Source: Alphaproteobacteria bacterium (GTDB lineage: Bacteria > Pseudomonadota > Alphaproteobacteria > GCA-2731375). From it: a stretch of DNA of 64,000 nucleotides. Under the pieces are notes generated by a model, which saw only the letters and a program-made list of their open reading frames with translations, did no database searches and had not been told where the DNA came from. The position numbers and the translations under genes are program-made. Positions 46,975 through 56,494 of the stretch are shown one piece after another; the first letter of the stretch is position 1, and the number at the start of each line of letters is the position of its first letter. The stretch is from positions 6,592,001-6,656,000 of the forward strand of contig CBDDPY010000002.1 in NCBI GenBank assembly GCA_965232515.1, read 5' to 3'.

Positions 46975-47553
46975 ATGGACGTCTACGCGCTGCTGAAGTT
47001 CCTGCACATCGTCGGCTTCATCCTGCTCGGCGGCGGCCTGCTGGCCGTGTTCGTCTCCGAGCTGCGGGCCTACCGCACCGACGATGTCGCCCGTTTCGCC
47101 GAAGCCGCGTGGTACACGGCCGCTTTCTACGACGGCCTCGCCGTGCCGGGCGCCATTCTTGTTGGCCTGTCCGGCCTGTTCCTGACCTTCGAGCTCGGGC
47201 TCGGCTTCTTCGAGGAACCCTGGCTCATCGGAATGTGGGGCCTGTTCCTGTTCGAGTTCATCGAAGGCAACACCGTGACCCGCGTGCAGTTCCGCCGCAC
47301 CCTGCGCCGCTGTCGTGACCTGAACATGGCCGGCGGTCTCAGCGAACAAGACCGCGATGCGGCCCGCACCCGCCTCGGCCAGCTCACCCACTTCCTCGAC
47401 GTGCCGCTGTTCCTGGTGATCGTCTATTGCGGCGTCCTACGTCCCGACACCTGGACGCACGTGCTCACCGCGATCGCTGTGGCCATCGTCGCCGCCCTGA
47501 TCCTGACCGCGCTGGTGCCCCGGCTCGCGCGCGCTCGAGTGGTGGCGGCGTGA
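46975..47553 (+). CDS. DUF2269-like membrane protein, second copy
   Basis: LKFLHIVG..GG, VPGAILVGLSG, EPWL, GVLRP. Confidence 0.65.
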   Translation: MDVYALLKFLHIVGFILLGGGLLAVFVSELRAYRTDDVARFAEAAWYTAAFYDGLAVPGAILVGLSGLFLTFELGLGFFEEPWLIGMWGLFLFEFIEGNTVTRVQFRRTLRRCRDLNMAGGLSEQDRDAARTRLGQLTHFLDVPLFLVIVYCGVLRPDTWTHVLTAIAVAIVAALILTALVPRLARARVVAA

Positions 47554-47559
47554 TGCGAT

Positions 47560-48228
47560 CTAGAGATTGGCGACGACCAGCGCTTCCAGCTTTTCCGGCA
47601 AGTCCGGCGCGCGGACGATGGTGCCATGGCAGGGTACCAGCGTGTCGGGCTTGTCCTGGTGGATCCGCGCCGTCACCCAGGCCGCATAGACCTTGCGGTC
47701 CGCCACGCCGAAATTCGGAAAGGTCTTCAGCATCTCCGGCGCGTCCGTGACGCCACCGGACTTACCGGCTTTCGGACCGCTGAAGGCATCGACCACGAAC
47801 CAGGTCGTTCGACCGCCGGCGGACAAACGCAGCCAGACCTCGCCCGTCTTCAATCCGTCCGTCTCGATGAATTTGATGTCGCGAGGCAGCTCCTTCTTCA
47901 GGCTTTCGAGATCGTTCGGCTCCAGGCCGGTGATCTTGCGCAGCCTTGGCGCGGCCGCTGCCGGGGCACAGAGGATGGTGTCGGGGAAGGCCTCGGCATA
48001 CTCGGCCAAGCCCTTGTTGTGATAGTGGTTCGGCGCCAGCAGATAGGCCACGCGACCGATCGCCGACAGGCTGTCCAACGCCGGCTGGCTCAGGCCCTGC
48101 ACGGGACTGAACAGGCAGACGCCGCCGTCCTTCAAGACAATCGCCGAACAGCGTAGCGTGCCCTTTTGCGCCGCATAGACACCGTCGAGGCCATCGATCG
48201 GTTCGAAGGAAGACAACGCCGCGGCCAT
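47560..48228 (-). CDS. Metallo-beta-lactamase-fold hypothetical protein (DUF4336-like)
   Basis: FSPV, LLAPNHYH, VVDAF, VPCHG. Confidence 0.6.
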   Translation of the reverse strand: MAAALSSFEPIDGLDGVYAAQKGTLRCSAIVLKDGGVCLFSPVQGLSQPALDSLSAIGRVAYLLAPNHYHNKGLAEYAEAFPDTILCAPAAAAPRLRKITGLEPNDLESLKKELPRDIKFIETDGLKTGEVWLRLSAGGRTTWFVVDAFSGPKAGKSGGVTDAPEMLKTFPNFGVADRKVYAAWVTARIHQDKPDTLVPCHGTIVRAPDLPEKLEALVVANL

Positions 48229-48238
48229 GCCGACACCA

Positions 48239-48262
48239 TTTCTTGAGCAATCGTTCAAGAAA
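48239..48262. promoter_or_regulatory. TetR operator between divergent genes
   Basis: TTTCTTGA-GCAATCGT-TCAAGAAA inverted repeat. Confidence 0.65.
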
Positions 48263-48300
48263 AGGCTATCATGCCGCCGGACCACTGCAAAGAGGGACCG

Positions 48301-48879
48301 ATGGGCCGGCGTCAGGAATTCGATACGGCCGACGCGCTCGACAACGCCCTGCAGGTCTTCTGGACCAAGGGCTACCGGGCGACGTCGATGGCCGACCTCG
48401 AGGCGGCGACCGGGCTCAATCCCGGCAGCCTCTACAACACCTTCGGCAGCAAGAGGGGCCTGTTCCTCGCCGTCGTCGATCACTACATCGAGCGGACCGT
48501 CGGCCACCGCATCGCGACCATCCTGAACGTCGGCCCGCCGCTCGACGCCATCGAGGCGTTCTTCCGCACCGCCTACGAGGACATCGAGCCCGAGGGCCTG
48601 ATCGGCTGCCTGCTCACCAACACCGCCGCCGAGATCGGCCGCGACGAAGCCGAGATCCGCGAGCGCGTCGCGGCCGGCATCGCCCAAATCGAAGCCGCCT
48701 TCCGCCAGCGCCTGTCGGAAGCGCAAGACGCGGGCGCCTTATCCCCCGACAAGGACCCCGCCATCCTCGCCGTGCATCTCACGTCCAGCTACCAGGGCGC
48801 GTCCGTCATCGGTCGCCTCTCCCGCGACAAGACCCGGCTAAAGGCCATCACCGACGCCGCTCTGCAGGCGCTGCGCTAG
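48301..48879 (+). CDS. TetR family regulator (NemR/ComR-like)
   Basis: FWTKGYRATSMADL, SLYNTFGSK, GCLLTNT. Confidence 0.9.
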   Translation: MGRRQEFDTADALDNALQVFWTKGYRATSMADLEAATGLNPGSLYNTFGSKRGLFLAVVDHYIERTVGHRIATILNVGPPLDAIEAFFRTAYEDIEPEGLIGCLLTNTAAEIGRDEAEIRERVAAGIAQIEAAFRQRLSEAQDAGALSPDKDPAILAVHLTSSYQGASVIGRLSRDKTRLKAITDAALQALR

Positions 48880-49751
48880 GACCGCGTCGCGGCCTGTTCG
48901 ACGGCGGTCCAGTCGGCGAGGCCCATCATATTGGCGACGTCTTCCAAGCCCATCATGGCCGCGGCGCTCTCTGGCCCGAGCGCGCCGTTCTCCAACAGGT
49001 CGCGGTAGATCCGCATCTGCACCTGCAGCGCCGCGCTCAAGCCGGTGACGGCGTAAAGCACGAGCTTGACGCCGATCTCGGCATAGGCGGCGTGCGACAG
49101 CATGGTCTCCGGCCAGTCCGGCACGCCGCCGACCATGGCGACCGGGCCATCAACTTCCCGGCACAGCCGCCGCAGCTCGTCGAGCGAATAGGGCTCGGCG
49201 ATCATGGCCATATCAGCGCCGGCCGCGAGATAGGCGTTAAGCCGCGCGATCGCCGCGTCGAGCCCCTCCGTCGCCTTGGCGTCCGTGCGCGCGATGATCA
49301 CGAAGTCCGGATCGCGGCGCGCGCCGAGCGCGGCGTTTAGCCGCGCCAGCATCTCGTCTTCCGGCACCACGCGGCGTCCGGCCAGCCCGCCGCAGCGTTT
49401 CGGCAGCGCCTGGTCCTCGATATGGATGCCGGCGATGCCGTGCCGTTCGAAGTCGCGCACCGTGCGGTGCACGTTGATGGCGCCGCCGTAGCCGGTATCG
49501 GCGTCCGAGATCACCGGCACGGAAACCGCATCCGCGATCCGGCCGGCATGCGCTACCACTTCGGCCTCCGAGGCGAGGCCGATATCGGGCATGCCCAGCA
49601 TCGAGGCCTCCATGCCGAAGCCCGTCAGATAGACCGCGTCGGCCCCGACCGCCTCCACCACCCGGGCGCTCGCCCCGTCATAGGCGCCCGGCACCAGCAG
49701 CGGCCCCTCTGTGGCCAGCACCTGTCGCAGCCGCGTCGTCGTCTTCGTCAT
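48876..49751 (-). CDS. Isocitrate lyase/PEP mutase family protein
   Basis: PGAYD, DADTGYG, HIEDQALPKRCGG, IIARTDA. Confidence 0.88.
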   Translation of the reverse strand: MTKTTTRLRQVLATEGPLLVPGAYDGASARVVEAVGADAVYLTGFGMEASMLGMPDIGLASEAEVVAHAGRIADAVSVPVISDADTGYGGAINVHRTVRDFERHGIAGIHIEDQALPKRCGGLAGRRVVPEDEMLARLNAALGARRDPDFVIIARTDAKATEGLDAAIARLNAYLAAGADMAMIAEPYSLDELRRLCREVDGPVAMVGGVPDWPETMLSHAAYAEIGVKLVLYAVTGLSAALQVQMRIYRDLLENGALGPESAAAMMGLEDVANMMGLADWTAVEQAATRS

Positions 49752-49779
49752 GGCGGTCACTCCCTGTTGCCGGTGCAGA

Positions 49780-50910
49780 TTAACCGCGACGGCGTCCGGC
49801 CGCGACCGCGCGCCGTTCCGACCAGTCCAGGAACCAGCGCGCAACGGGGCTCTGTGTGACGTCGCCGCGACCCAAGCGGTAATCGCGCGACAGGCCATCG
49901 CTGTTGGCCAGCAGGATCAACGATGCGCCGTGCGCCAGGTCCTTGATCCACAGCGCCGAATAGGTCTCGATCTGCCAGCCGTAGTGCCAGACCAGTTTGC
50001 GGCCATCGAGATCCTGCACGAACCAGCCGATGCCGTAGGGCGAGAGGCTGCCGTCGGTGAGGCGCGTGGGCGTGGTCATCTGCGTCCAGACCGCGTCCGT
50101 CACCAGCCCGCCCGGCCTGAAGGCGATGTCGAGCGTCGCCAGGTCGCGCGCCGAGCTGATCAGGCCGGCCGCCGCGCTCAGCCGGCTGGTCAGCAGCGGC
50201 TGCACGCGCCAGGTGCCGTCCGCGCCTCGGACATGCGGTGTCGCCAGGGCCGCGATCACGTCGGCGGCTTCTCGATCGCCGATCCCGGCGGCCGTTTGCC
50301 GCAGCCCCAGCGGCACGATCACCTCCCAGCGCATGACCTCGGCGAAGGTCGCGCCGGGCTGGATCGCGTCCGCGATCGCGCCGCTCATCAAACTGAACAG
50401 AAAGCCGTTGTAGCGATAGGCCGAACCGACCGGTCGGCGGCTGGTATGCGTGGCCGCGGTGCGGAGCGTGACGCTGTCGTCGCCGCAGGCGATGCGGTTC
50501 ATCAGGCTCGATCCGCGGCCCTTGAAGTAGGCCTTCAGTTCCGGGCAACGCTCCCGGAACCGCCGCGACGCCTGCGCCAGCGGCATGTCCAGATCGAGCT
50601 TGCCGTCGGCCACGGCGCGCAGCAGCAGCGCCGCCGCCGGCGGTTTGGTCAGCGAGGCGATACGAAACGGGGTCTCCGCGTCCACCGGCGCGCCGGAGCG
50701 GATATCGCGCACGCCGAAGCCGCCAGACTCGGCGATCCTGCCGTCGACAACCACGGCATAGCCGACCCCGGGCGCCTTCAGTTCATCGAAACGCTCGGCC
50801 AGCAGTTCGCCGAACGCGGTTGGTTCGGAAGCCGCCGGCATGCATGCTGAGAGCAGCACGGTGACGCCCACGATCCGCATCAAAAGCGCTGTCCGCGCGT
50901 GCATGTCCAC
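49780..50910 (-). CDS. Serine hydrolase (beta-lactamase class C/AmpC-like family), probable lipoprotein
   Basis: FRIASLTK (SxxK), YRYN, HYG; LSAC lipobox-like. Confidence 0.8.
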   Translation of the reverse strand: MDMHARTALLMRIVGVTVLLSACMPAASEPTAFGELLAERFDELKAPGVGYAVVVDGRIAESGGFGVRDIRSGAPVDAETPFRIASLTKPPAAALLLRAVADGKLDLDMPLAQASRRFRERCPELKAYFKGRGSSLMNRIACGDDSVTLRTAATHTSRRPVGSAYRYNGFLFSLMSGAIADAIQPGATFAEVMRWEVIVPLGLRQTAAGIGDREAADVIAALATPHVRGADGTWRVQPLLTSRLSAAAGLISSARDLATLDIAFRPGGLVTDAVWTQMTTPTRLTDGSLSPYGIGWFVQDLDGRKLVWHYGWQIETYSALWIKDLAHGASLILLANSDGLSRDYRLGRGDVTQSPVARWFLDWSERRAVAAGRRRG

Positions 50911-50986
50911 CCCCTAAAGACTCCAGCGGTGATCCACCGGCCAAGATCTGCGTAACAGATTTTGATTGATTGTGACGGGAATAACG

Positions 50987-51730
50987 ATGCCGGACCGGGC
51001 CACGCTCTACACCTTCCGCGTCAGCCACTTCTGCGAGAAGGCGCGCTGGGCGCTCGACCTCGGCGGCGTCGACTATCGCGAGGAGCGCTGGGCGCCGGGA
51101 CCGCACGCGTTGGCGGCGCGGCGGCTCGGCACCGACAGCAGCCTGCCGATCCTGCACTGCGCCGAGGGCGTGATCCAGGGCAGCGGCGCCATCATCGACT
51201 GGCTCGAAGCCGCGGGTCGGGCAGGGTGGTGCGACGCCGTGCCGGCGGCGCGCGCCGACATGGTTGAACTCGAAACGTGCGCCGACAACCGCATCGGCAT
51301 CTCCGTGCGCCGGCTGATCTACGCTTCCGGCCTCTCGGTCGAGCCCCGCCCGATCGCGCGCCAGCTTTTCGCCGGCGCCACGCCGTCTCAGCGTCGGCTG
51401 GCCTGGGTCATGTGGCCCCTGACGCGGCAACTCATGGCTTTCGGCATGCGCGCGCGGCCGCGCGACCGCGATGCGGCGCGGGCCGACGTCGACCGAGAGC
51501 TCGACGCCCTCGACGCGCGCCTGGGCGACGGGCGCCCGTTCCTGGTCGGCGACCGCCTCAGCCGCGCCGATATCGCCGTCGCCAGCCTGATCGCGCCACT
51601 CGCCAAGCCGCCGCAACACCCCATCTACCGCGACCTCACGCCCTGGACCACGTACCAGCGTCTGGTCGACGACTATCAGGACAGGCCAACGATACGCTGG
51701 GTCCGCCGCCTCTACGCCGACCACCGCTAG
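50987..51730 (+). CDS. Glutathione S-transferase family protein
   Basis: SHFCEKARWALD, GSGAIIDW, FLVGDRLSRADI. Confidence 0.85.
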   Translation: MPDRATLYTFRVSHFCEKARWALDLGGVDYREERWAPGPHALAARRLGTDSSLPILHCAEGVIQGSGAIIDWLEAAGRAGWCDAVPAARADMVELETCADNRIGISVRRLIYASGLSVEPRPIARQLFAGATPSQRRLAWVMWPLTRQLMAFGMRARPRDRDAARADVDRELDALDARLGDGRPFLVGDRLSRADIAVASLIAPLAKPPQHPIYRDLTPWTTYQRLVDDYQDRPTIRWVRRLYADHR

Positions 51731-51753
51731 CTGGACCTTGCCACCGGCGACCG

Positions 51754-52425
51754 CTACGCGGCTTCCGCCATGAGTTGCGACAGGTGCGACTTGCGGGTTT
51801 CGAGGAAGCGCCAGAGGCGCGCCTCGTAGTCGGCCGCCACAGCGCTGCGGATCGATGGCCGCTGCGCCAGCGCCGCGCGCCAGGCTGCGACCTTCGGCTT
51901 GGCGTCGAACGCGCCGAAATCGCCGATCCGGTCGAACACGTCGAAATAGCGGAACACCGGCCCGAACGCGGCGTCGACCAGCGAGAACGCCGTGCCGTCG
52001 AAATAGGGGCCGTCACCCAGCCGTTCCTCCAGCCGACGGAACCTGCCGGCCAGCGCGGCGGCCTTGCTCTGAAGGGCGTCCGCGTCCGCCGCGGCGTAGA
52101 AGCCCCAGATGTCGTTCAGCACGGCAGAGCCGAACTCGATCCACGACCGGTGCTCGGCCCGGCGCAAGGGGTCTTCGGGGTGCAATGGCCGCGGCTGGGT
52201 TTCCTCCAGGTATTCCAGGATCACGGCGGATTCGAAAACCGGCGTGCCATCGACGGTCAGGACCGGCGTCTTGCCCAGCGGCGACAGGGCGAGGAACCAG
52301 CCCGGTTTGTTCGACAAGTCGATGTCGCGGCGCCGAAACGGCACCCGTTTCTCGGTCAGCGCGATCACCGCGCGCTGCACATAGGGACAGAGGTGATGGC
52401 TCACCAGCATCAGGTTCTCGGTCAT
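51754..52425 (-). CDS. Glutathione S-transferase (omega-like, CPY motif)
   Basis: HLCPYVQR, SPLGKTPVL, FESAVI, FSLVDAAF. Confidence 0.9.
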   Translation of the reverse strand: MTENLMLVSHHLCPYVQRAVIALTEKRVPFRRRDIDLSNKPGWFLALSPLGKTPVLTVDGTPVFESAVILEYLEETQPRPLHPEDPLRRAEHRSWIEFGSAVLNDIWGFYAAADADALQSKAAALAGRFRRLEERLGDGPYFDGTAFSLVDAAFGPVFRYFDVFDRIGDFGAFDAKPKVAAWRAALAQRPSIRSAVAADYEARLWRFLETRKSHLSQLMAEAA

Positions 52426-52460
52426 GAATGATCTCCTTGGAAAGACGATGCTGATCGCGG

Positions 52461-52877
52461 TCAGGCGGTCTCGCGGGGCGGTGCGGGCGGGGGCGTCGAT
52501 GGCACCAGCGCATAACGCCCGTCGCCCAGCATGAACTGCGCGACCGCCAACAGGGTCAGGTAGATCGGGTATTCCCAGCCGCCGTTGGCAGAACCGAACA
52601 TCCAGCCGTTGCCCCAATGCGCCCAGGTCGCGCCGGCCAGAACGGGCGCCAGCGTCAATGCCACCCAGCGTGCCTGCACGCCCAGCACCAGCATGACGCC
52701 GCCGGCCGCCTCCATGGCGAACACGACATAGGCGAACCAGCCGGGCAGGCCGATCGACTGAAAGAACTCCGCCGTGCCGGGCAGCGTGAACACCAGCAGC
52801 TTCAGCAGAACGCTGTGAGCGATGAACATCACGCCCAGCAGGAAGGTCGCGGTCTCCCGCAACTGTGTCTCGGTCAT
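52461..52877 (-). CDS. DoxX family membrane protein
   Basis: FIAHS, GTAEFFQSIG, GGWEYP, LGDGRYAL. Confidence 0.85.
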   Translation of the reverse strand: MTETQLRETATFLLGVMFIAHSVLLKLLVFTLPGTAEFFQSIGLPGWFAYVVFAMEAAGGVMLVLGVQARWVALTLAPVLAGATWAHWGNGWMFGSANGGWEYPIYLTLLAVAQFMLGDGRYALVPSTPPPAPPRETA

Positions 52878-52898
52878 CGCATGCTCCCTCCCAATTGA

Positions 52899-52957
52899 AT
52901 GCGAATGCATGTAAATTAATGCGAATGCATCCAATGTCAAGCTTGATGCATCTGCAT
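52899..52957. promoter_or_regulatory. Three ATGC-N4-GCAT boxes between doxX and marR
   Basis: ATGCGAATGCAT at 52899 and 52919 (20-bp period); ATGCATCTGCAT at 52946. Confidence 0.6.
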
Positions 52958-52977
52958 CGATCGCTATGTTGTTCGAT

Positions 52978-53433
52978 ATGAGCACCGAACCCGGCAATGA
53001 CGTCATCCGCGTCTGGACGCGGCTGATGCGCGCCCAGCAGACCGCGCTGGCGGAAATCGAAACGGCCCTGAAGCAGGCGGACCTGCCGCCGCTCGCCTGG
53101 TACGACGTGCTGCTGGAGCTTGATCGCGCCGCCCCGGACGGCCTGCGACCTTTCGCGCTCGAACGCGCGCTGCTGCTGCCGCAATACGGCCTGTCGCGCT
53201 TGCTCGACCGGATCGAGGCCGCCGGCTATCTCGAGCGCCGACCTTGTCCGGAGGACGGCCGCGGTCAGATCGTCGTCATCAGCAAATCCGGCAAGGCGCT
53301 ACGCCGGCGCATGTGGCCGGTTTACGCCCGCGCCCTGAACGCGGCCATCGGCGACCGGCTCGCCGCCGCCGAGGCTAAGGCCCTTGCCGCCCTGCTCGAC
53401 AAGCTGCTCGACGCGCCTGCCGGAGCAGACTGA
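52978..53433 (+). CDS. MarR family regulator
   Basis: LAWYDVLLEL, LSRLLDRIE, CPEDGRG. Confidence 0.88.
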   Translation: MSTEPGNDVIRVWTRLMRAQQTALAEIETALKQADLPPLAWYDVLLELDRAAPDGLRPFALERALLLPQYGLSRLLDRIEAAGYLERRPCPEDGRGQIVVISKSGKALRRRMWPVYARALNAAIGDRLAAAEAKALAALLDKLLDAPAGAD

Positions 53434-53436
53434 GCG

Positions 53437-54096
53437 TTAGCCGCCCCAGGAATGCGCGACCTTGCGGGCGAGCTCCTGATTGAACAGCCGCTCCATGGAG
53501 ACGCCCAGCGACGGCGTGCGATCGATCACCTTGTGCAGGGCATCCGCCGGCCACTCGATGTATTTCGCGCCGGCCTGCAGGAACACCGTGGCGGACGCCG
53601 GCGTGTTCATCAGAAAGGCGACCTCGCCGATGAAAATGCCGGGCGCCAGTGCGAAAGACCGGCCGTCCTTGATAACCTCGATCCGGCCGTCCAGCACGAA
53701 ATAGAGCTTGGCCACCGATCGCCCCTCCTGCGTCAGCGTCGTCGTCGCCTCGGCCGTGCGCCACGCGGCCAGTCGCATCAGCCGGCGCAGCTCGCCCGGC
53801 GTCAGCGTCTTCATCAGGTTCAGGAAATGCCGCTCGTCCTCGGTCTGGCGGAAGTGCACCCGTTCCCACAGCAGGCGCGCGATGCCGATCAGGTTCGCCG
53901 CGCCCAGCACGGCGCTCCAGAAGATCGCCGCCCACAACGGCTCGTCCGGATAGACGTAGTAGTAGGCCGCGTAGAACACGGTGCCGACCAGGATGAACAG
54001 CCGCAACAACAACTGGCCGCGCAGCAACAGCCCCAGCACCTGCAACAGCGCGGCGACGTGCACCAACCACGCGCTGTTGATCGCCAACTCCGCCAT
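53437..54096 (-). CDS. Membrane-anchored cyclic-nucleotide-binding (Popeye-like) protein
   Basis: Three N-terminal TM segments with LLLRL; cNMP fold LYFVLDG...FIGEVAF...ASATV. Confidence 0.7.
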   Translation of the reverse strand: MAELAINSAWLVHVAALLQVLGLLLRGQLLLRLFILVGTVFYAAYYYVYPDEPLWAAIFWSAVLGAANLIGIARLLWERVHFRQTEDERHFLNLMKTLTPGELRRLMRLAAWRTAEATTTLTQEGRSVAKLYFVLDGRIEVIKDGRSFALAPGIFIGEVAFLMNTPASATVFLQAGAKYIEWPADALHKVIDRTPSLGVSMERLFNQELARKVAHSWGG

Positions 54097-54263
54097 ACCA
54101 TGCCCTCGACCGTTCGGTGGCCGATCATGGCACGCATCGAAATCCCAAAATGTGGGACAAATCACAGCATTGCCGGTCGTGCACCGGCGGCGATCCGCCC
54201 GGATCGATGCCGATCCGGGCGGTGCCTGACGTCTGCCCTGTGCGGTAACATCGGCCCTTCGCC

Positions 54264-54722
54264 TTAGGCCTTATCCTCGTCGTTGCTGTTGGTCAGCGCG
54301 TCCATCAGCTGGCTGACGAGATCGTTTTCCGAGCTCTGCTGTGATTCAGAACCCGCGCTCAGCAGGTTCATCATCGAGGATTGGCCGAAGCCGGATGCGC
54401 TGAAGCCTTCCTGCGCCGACAACAGGCTCATGAAGGCTTCCGGCGAAAAGCTGCCGCCGGGCGCTTGCGGTCGCTCCGACGCGGTCAGCTGACCGTCGCC
54501 GTCGGCGTCCAGCTTGGCAAACATTTCCTCGGCGCTGGGCGCCCCGGCAGGTTTTGCCGAGCCGAACGGACTGTCGGCCTGAACGCCCTTGAACTCGTCA
54601 AGGGACAGGCCGCCGCTCTTGTCGGCATCAGCCGCTTCGAATTTCGCCATGGCGTTCTCTTGGAAGCGCGCCCGCATGGCGGCGAAATCGAATCCGGCGG
54701 ATGAGACTCCACCTATCGACAT
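54264..54722 (-). CDS. EF-hand calcium-binding protein
   Basis: DADKSGGLSLDEF and DADGDGQLTASE loops. Confidence 0.8.
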   Translation of the reverse strand: MSIGGVSSAGFDFAAMRARFQENAMAKFEAADADKSGGLSLDEFKGVQADSPFGSAKPAGAPSAEEMFAKLDADGDGQLTASERPQAPGGSFSPEAFMSLLSAQEGFSASGFGQSSMMNLLSAGSESQQSSENDLVSQLMDALTNSNDEDKA

Positions 54723-54797
54723 GTGTCGTTTCCTTTCTCGTTGGTGGTCATTCCGCTTGCGGAATGGGTGCCGGACCTCCGGCACCACGAGAATCGC

Positions 54798-54813
54798 TGC
54801 GAGCCATATGCCA
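54798..54813 (-). promoter_or_regulatory. Candidate sigma54 -24/-12 promoter for the EF-hand gene
   Basis: TGGCATATGGCTCGCA on minus strand, GG-N10-GC spacing. Confidence 0.45.
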
Positions 54814-54818
54814 TGCAC

Positions 54819-54851
54819 GTTTCAAACGACTGTTTGAAACAGGCGTTTGAA
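54819..54851. promoter_or_regulatory. TetR-type operator (overlapping pair)
   Basis: GTTTCAAAC-GACT-GTTTGAAAC perfect arms plus overlapping TTGAAACAGGCGTTTGAA. Confidence 0.6.
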
Positions 54852-54931
54852 TTTGCGATCCGCCGCGACGGATACGCCCGGCCTGGGGCGTTCAAACATG
54901 TCACCGGTCGGCGTCCGCTCAAGGGGGAGTC

Positions 54932-55585
54932 ATGCGGGAGGCCTATAGTTCACGCACGCGTCAGCGTCTGCTCGAAGCCGCCCGCGAGGTGTTCTCGGAA
55001 TTCGGCTATAACGGCGCCAGCGTGCGCCAGATCGTCTCGCGCGCCGGCACCAACGTGGCCTCGGTCAACTACCACTTCGGCGGCAAGGACGCGCTTTACA
55101 GGGAAGTTTTGGCGTCCGTCACCGCGACCATGTCCGACGACATGACGACGGCGTTGGAACAGCTGGACACCGACCAGGATCCGCTTTCGGCGCTTCACAA
55201 CTTCGCCAAGCAGCGCATCGAGACCGGCCTGAAGCGCCGGCAGTTCGTGCCGCCGCGCCTGATGGGCTGGGAACTGATCTCACCGAAGCTCGGTGTCCGT
55301 GCCATGCTCGAAGGACACATCGCCAACGCCGATGTGCAACTGAAGGCGCTGCTGTCGCCGCTGTTCGGGCCCGAGATCGATGACGCACGGAGGACGCTGG
55401 TGGCGCGTTGGTTTTTCAGCAACACCATGCCGCCGCCGCCCGTCGGCCTCGCCGTCGCCAAGTTGCTTGGCCCGGAGCCGGACGAGGCGGAGCTCGACCG
55501 CGTCTCCACGCGGCTTGCCGATGCCGCTATCGCCGGCCTCCAGGCGCTTGCCGCCTCGCTAGACGGCGAACAATTCGGTCGCTAG
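54932..55585 (+). CDS. TetR family regulator (CecR-like N-terminus)
   Basis: TRQRLLEAAREVF, SVNYHFGGKDALY. Confidence 0.85.
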   Translation: MREAYSSRTRQRLLEAAREVFSEFGYNGASVRQIVSRAGTNVASVNYHFGGKDALYREVLASVTATMSDDMTTALEQLDTDQDPLSALHNFAKQRIETGLKRRQFVPPRLMGWELISPKLGVRAMLEGHIANADVQLKALLSPLFGPEIDDARRTLVARWFFSNTMPPPPVGLAVAKLLGPEPDEAELDRVSTRLADAAIAGLQALAASLDGEQFGR

Positions 55586-56494
55586 TTCGTCGAGCGTGGC
55601 GATGTCGTTAAGCGGGAAGCGTGCGGCGATCGGCTCGAAGACGTCCATCGTATGGTGCTGGGCGAGGCCGATCGCCTGGCGATGCAGGGCGAGGCCCAGC
55701 GCCTTCTGCGCGAAGTCCTTCGCCACCGGCCAGCCGCTCGCGTCCAGGAACGTGGCGAACAGCGCCTTGTCACAGTCGAACATGTCGCGATAGATCTGAA
55801 TCAGCTCGTAGTGCCGGTCGGTCGTCATCGCGTCGCCCCAGTCGATGATCCCGGCGACGCGGCCGTTGTCCACGAACACGTGGTTGGCGCAGAGGTCGCC
55901 GTGCACGAAGACCGTGTCGAACGGACCGAGACGGCCAAGATAATCGTCGATCTGCGCGGCCAGATGCGTCGGCAGCGAGCTCCGCGCCGCAGCTACGGCG
56001 ATGCGCGTGGGCCGCCAGTCCGCCGCCGTCGCGACGCCCATCGGCGGCAGCGCGTGCACGCGCCGGACCAGCCGTCCCAGGTCGACGGCCAGTTCGCGCC
56101 GCTGCTCGGCCGACAGGTCGGCGCGCGGCGATGCGACCCCGGACATGCGGGTGGTGATAAGGTAAGGCCACGGCGCGCTGTCGTCGTCGTAGAGACGGCC
56201 GTCGCCCAACAATCCAGGTGCGGCGATCTCGGAGTCGGTCGCGATCAACTCATGCGCCGCGCGTTCGGCCTCGAAACTCCGGCGCCACGCCTGCGACTGG
56301 CCGAACAGCTTCACCACGACGTCGCCGCAGACGAAGGTAGGGTAGGTGGCGTTGAAGCCGGCGGCAGGCTTCCGGTCCGCGCCGGCCAGGTCGTGGCGCG
56401 CCAGAACCTCGGCAACGTAGGGCGCCCAGAAGCCAGCATCCCCGATGCGCGAAATGTGCTCTTCGAGCGAGGCGAACGTCGGCGGTGCGATCAT
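55559..56494 (-). CDS. Aminoglycoside phosphotransferase family kinase (APH(7'')-like)
   Basis: VVKLF, WPYLITTR, VHGDLCANHV, IIDWGD. Confidence 0.8.
   Translation of the reverse strand: MIAPPTFASLEEHISRIGDAGFWAPYVAEVLARHDLAGADRKPAAGFNATYPTFVCGDVVVKLFGQSQAWRRSFEAERAAHELIATDSEIAAPGLLGDGRLYDDDSAPWPYLITTRMSGVASPRADLSAEQRRELAVDLGRLVRRVHALPPMGVATAADWRPTRIAVAAARSSLPTHLAAQIDDYLGRLGPFDTVFVHGDLCANHVFVDNGRVAGIIDWGDAMTTDRHYELIQIYRDMFDCDKALFATFLDASGWPVAKDFAQKALGLALHRQAIGLAQHHTMDVFEPIAARFPLNDIATLDELATELFAV

Noticed and set aside
49780-50910. Calling the serine hydrolases (also 59845-61149) true beta-lactamases
   Set aside because: SxxK and Tyr motifs are shared with family VIII esterases and peptidases; there is no specific evidence for resistance
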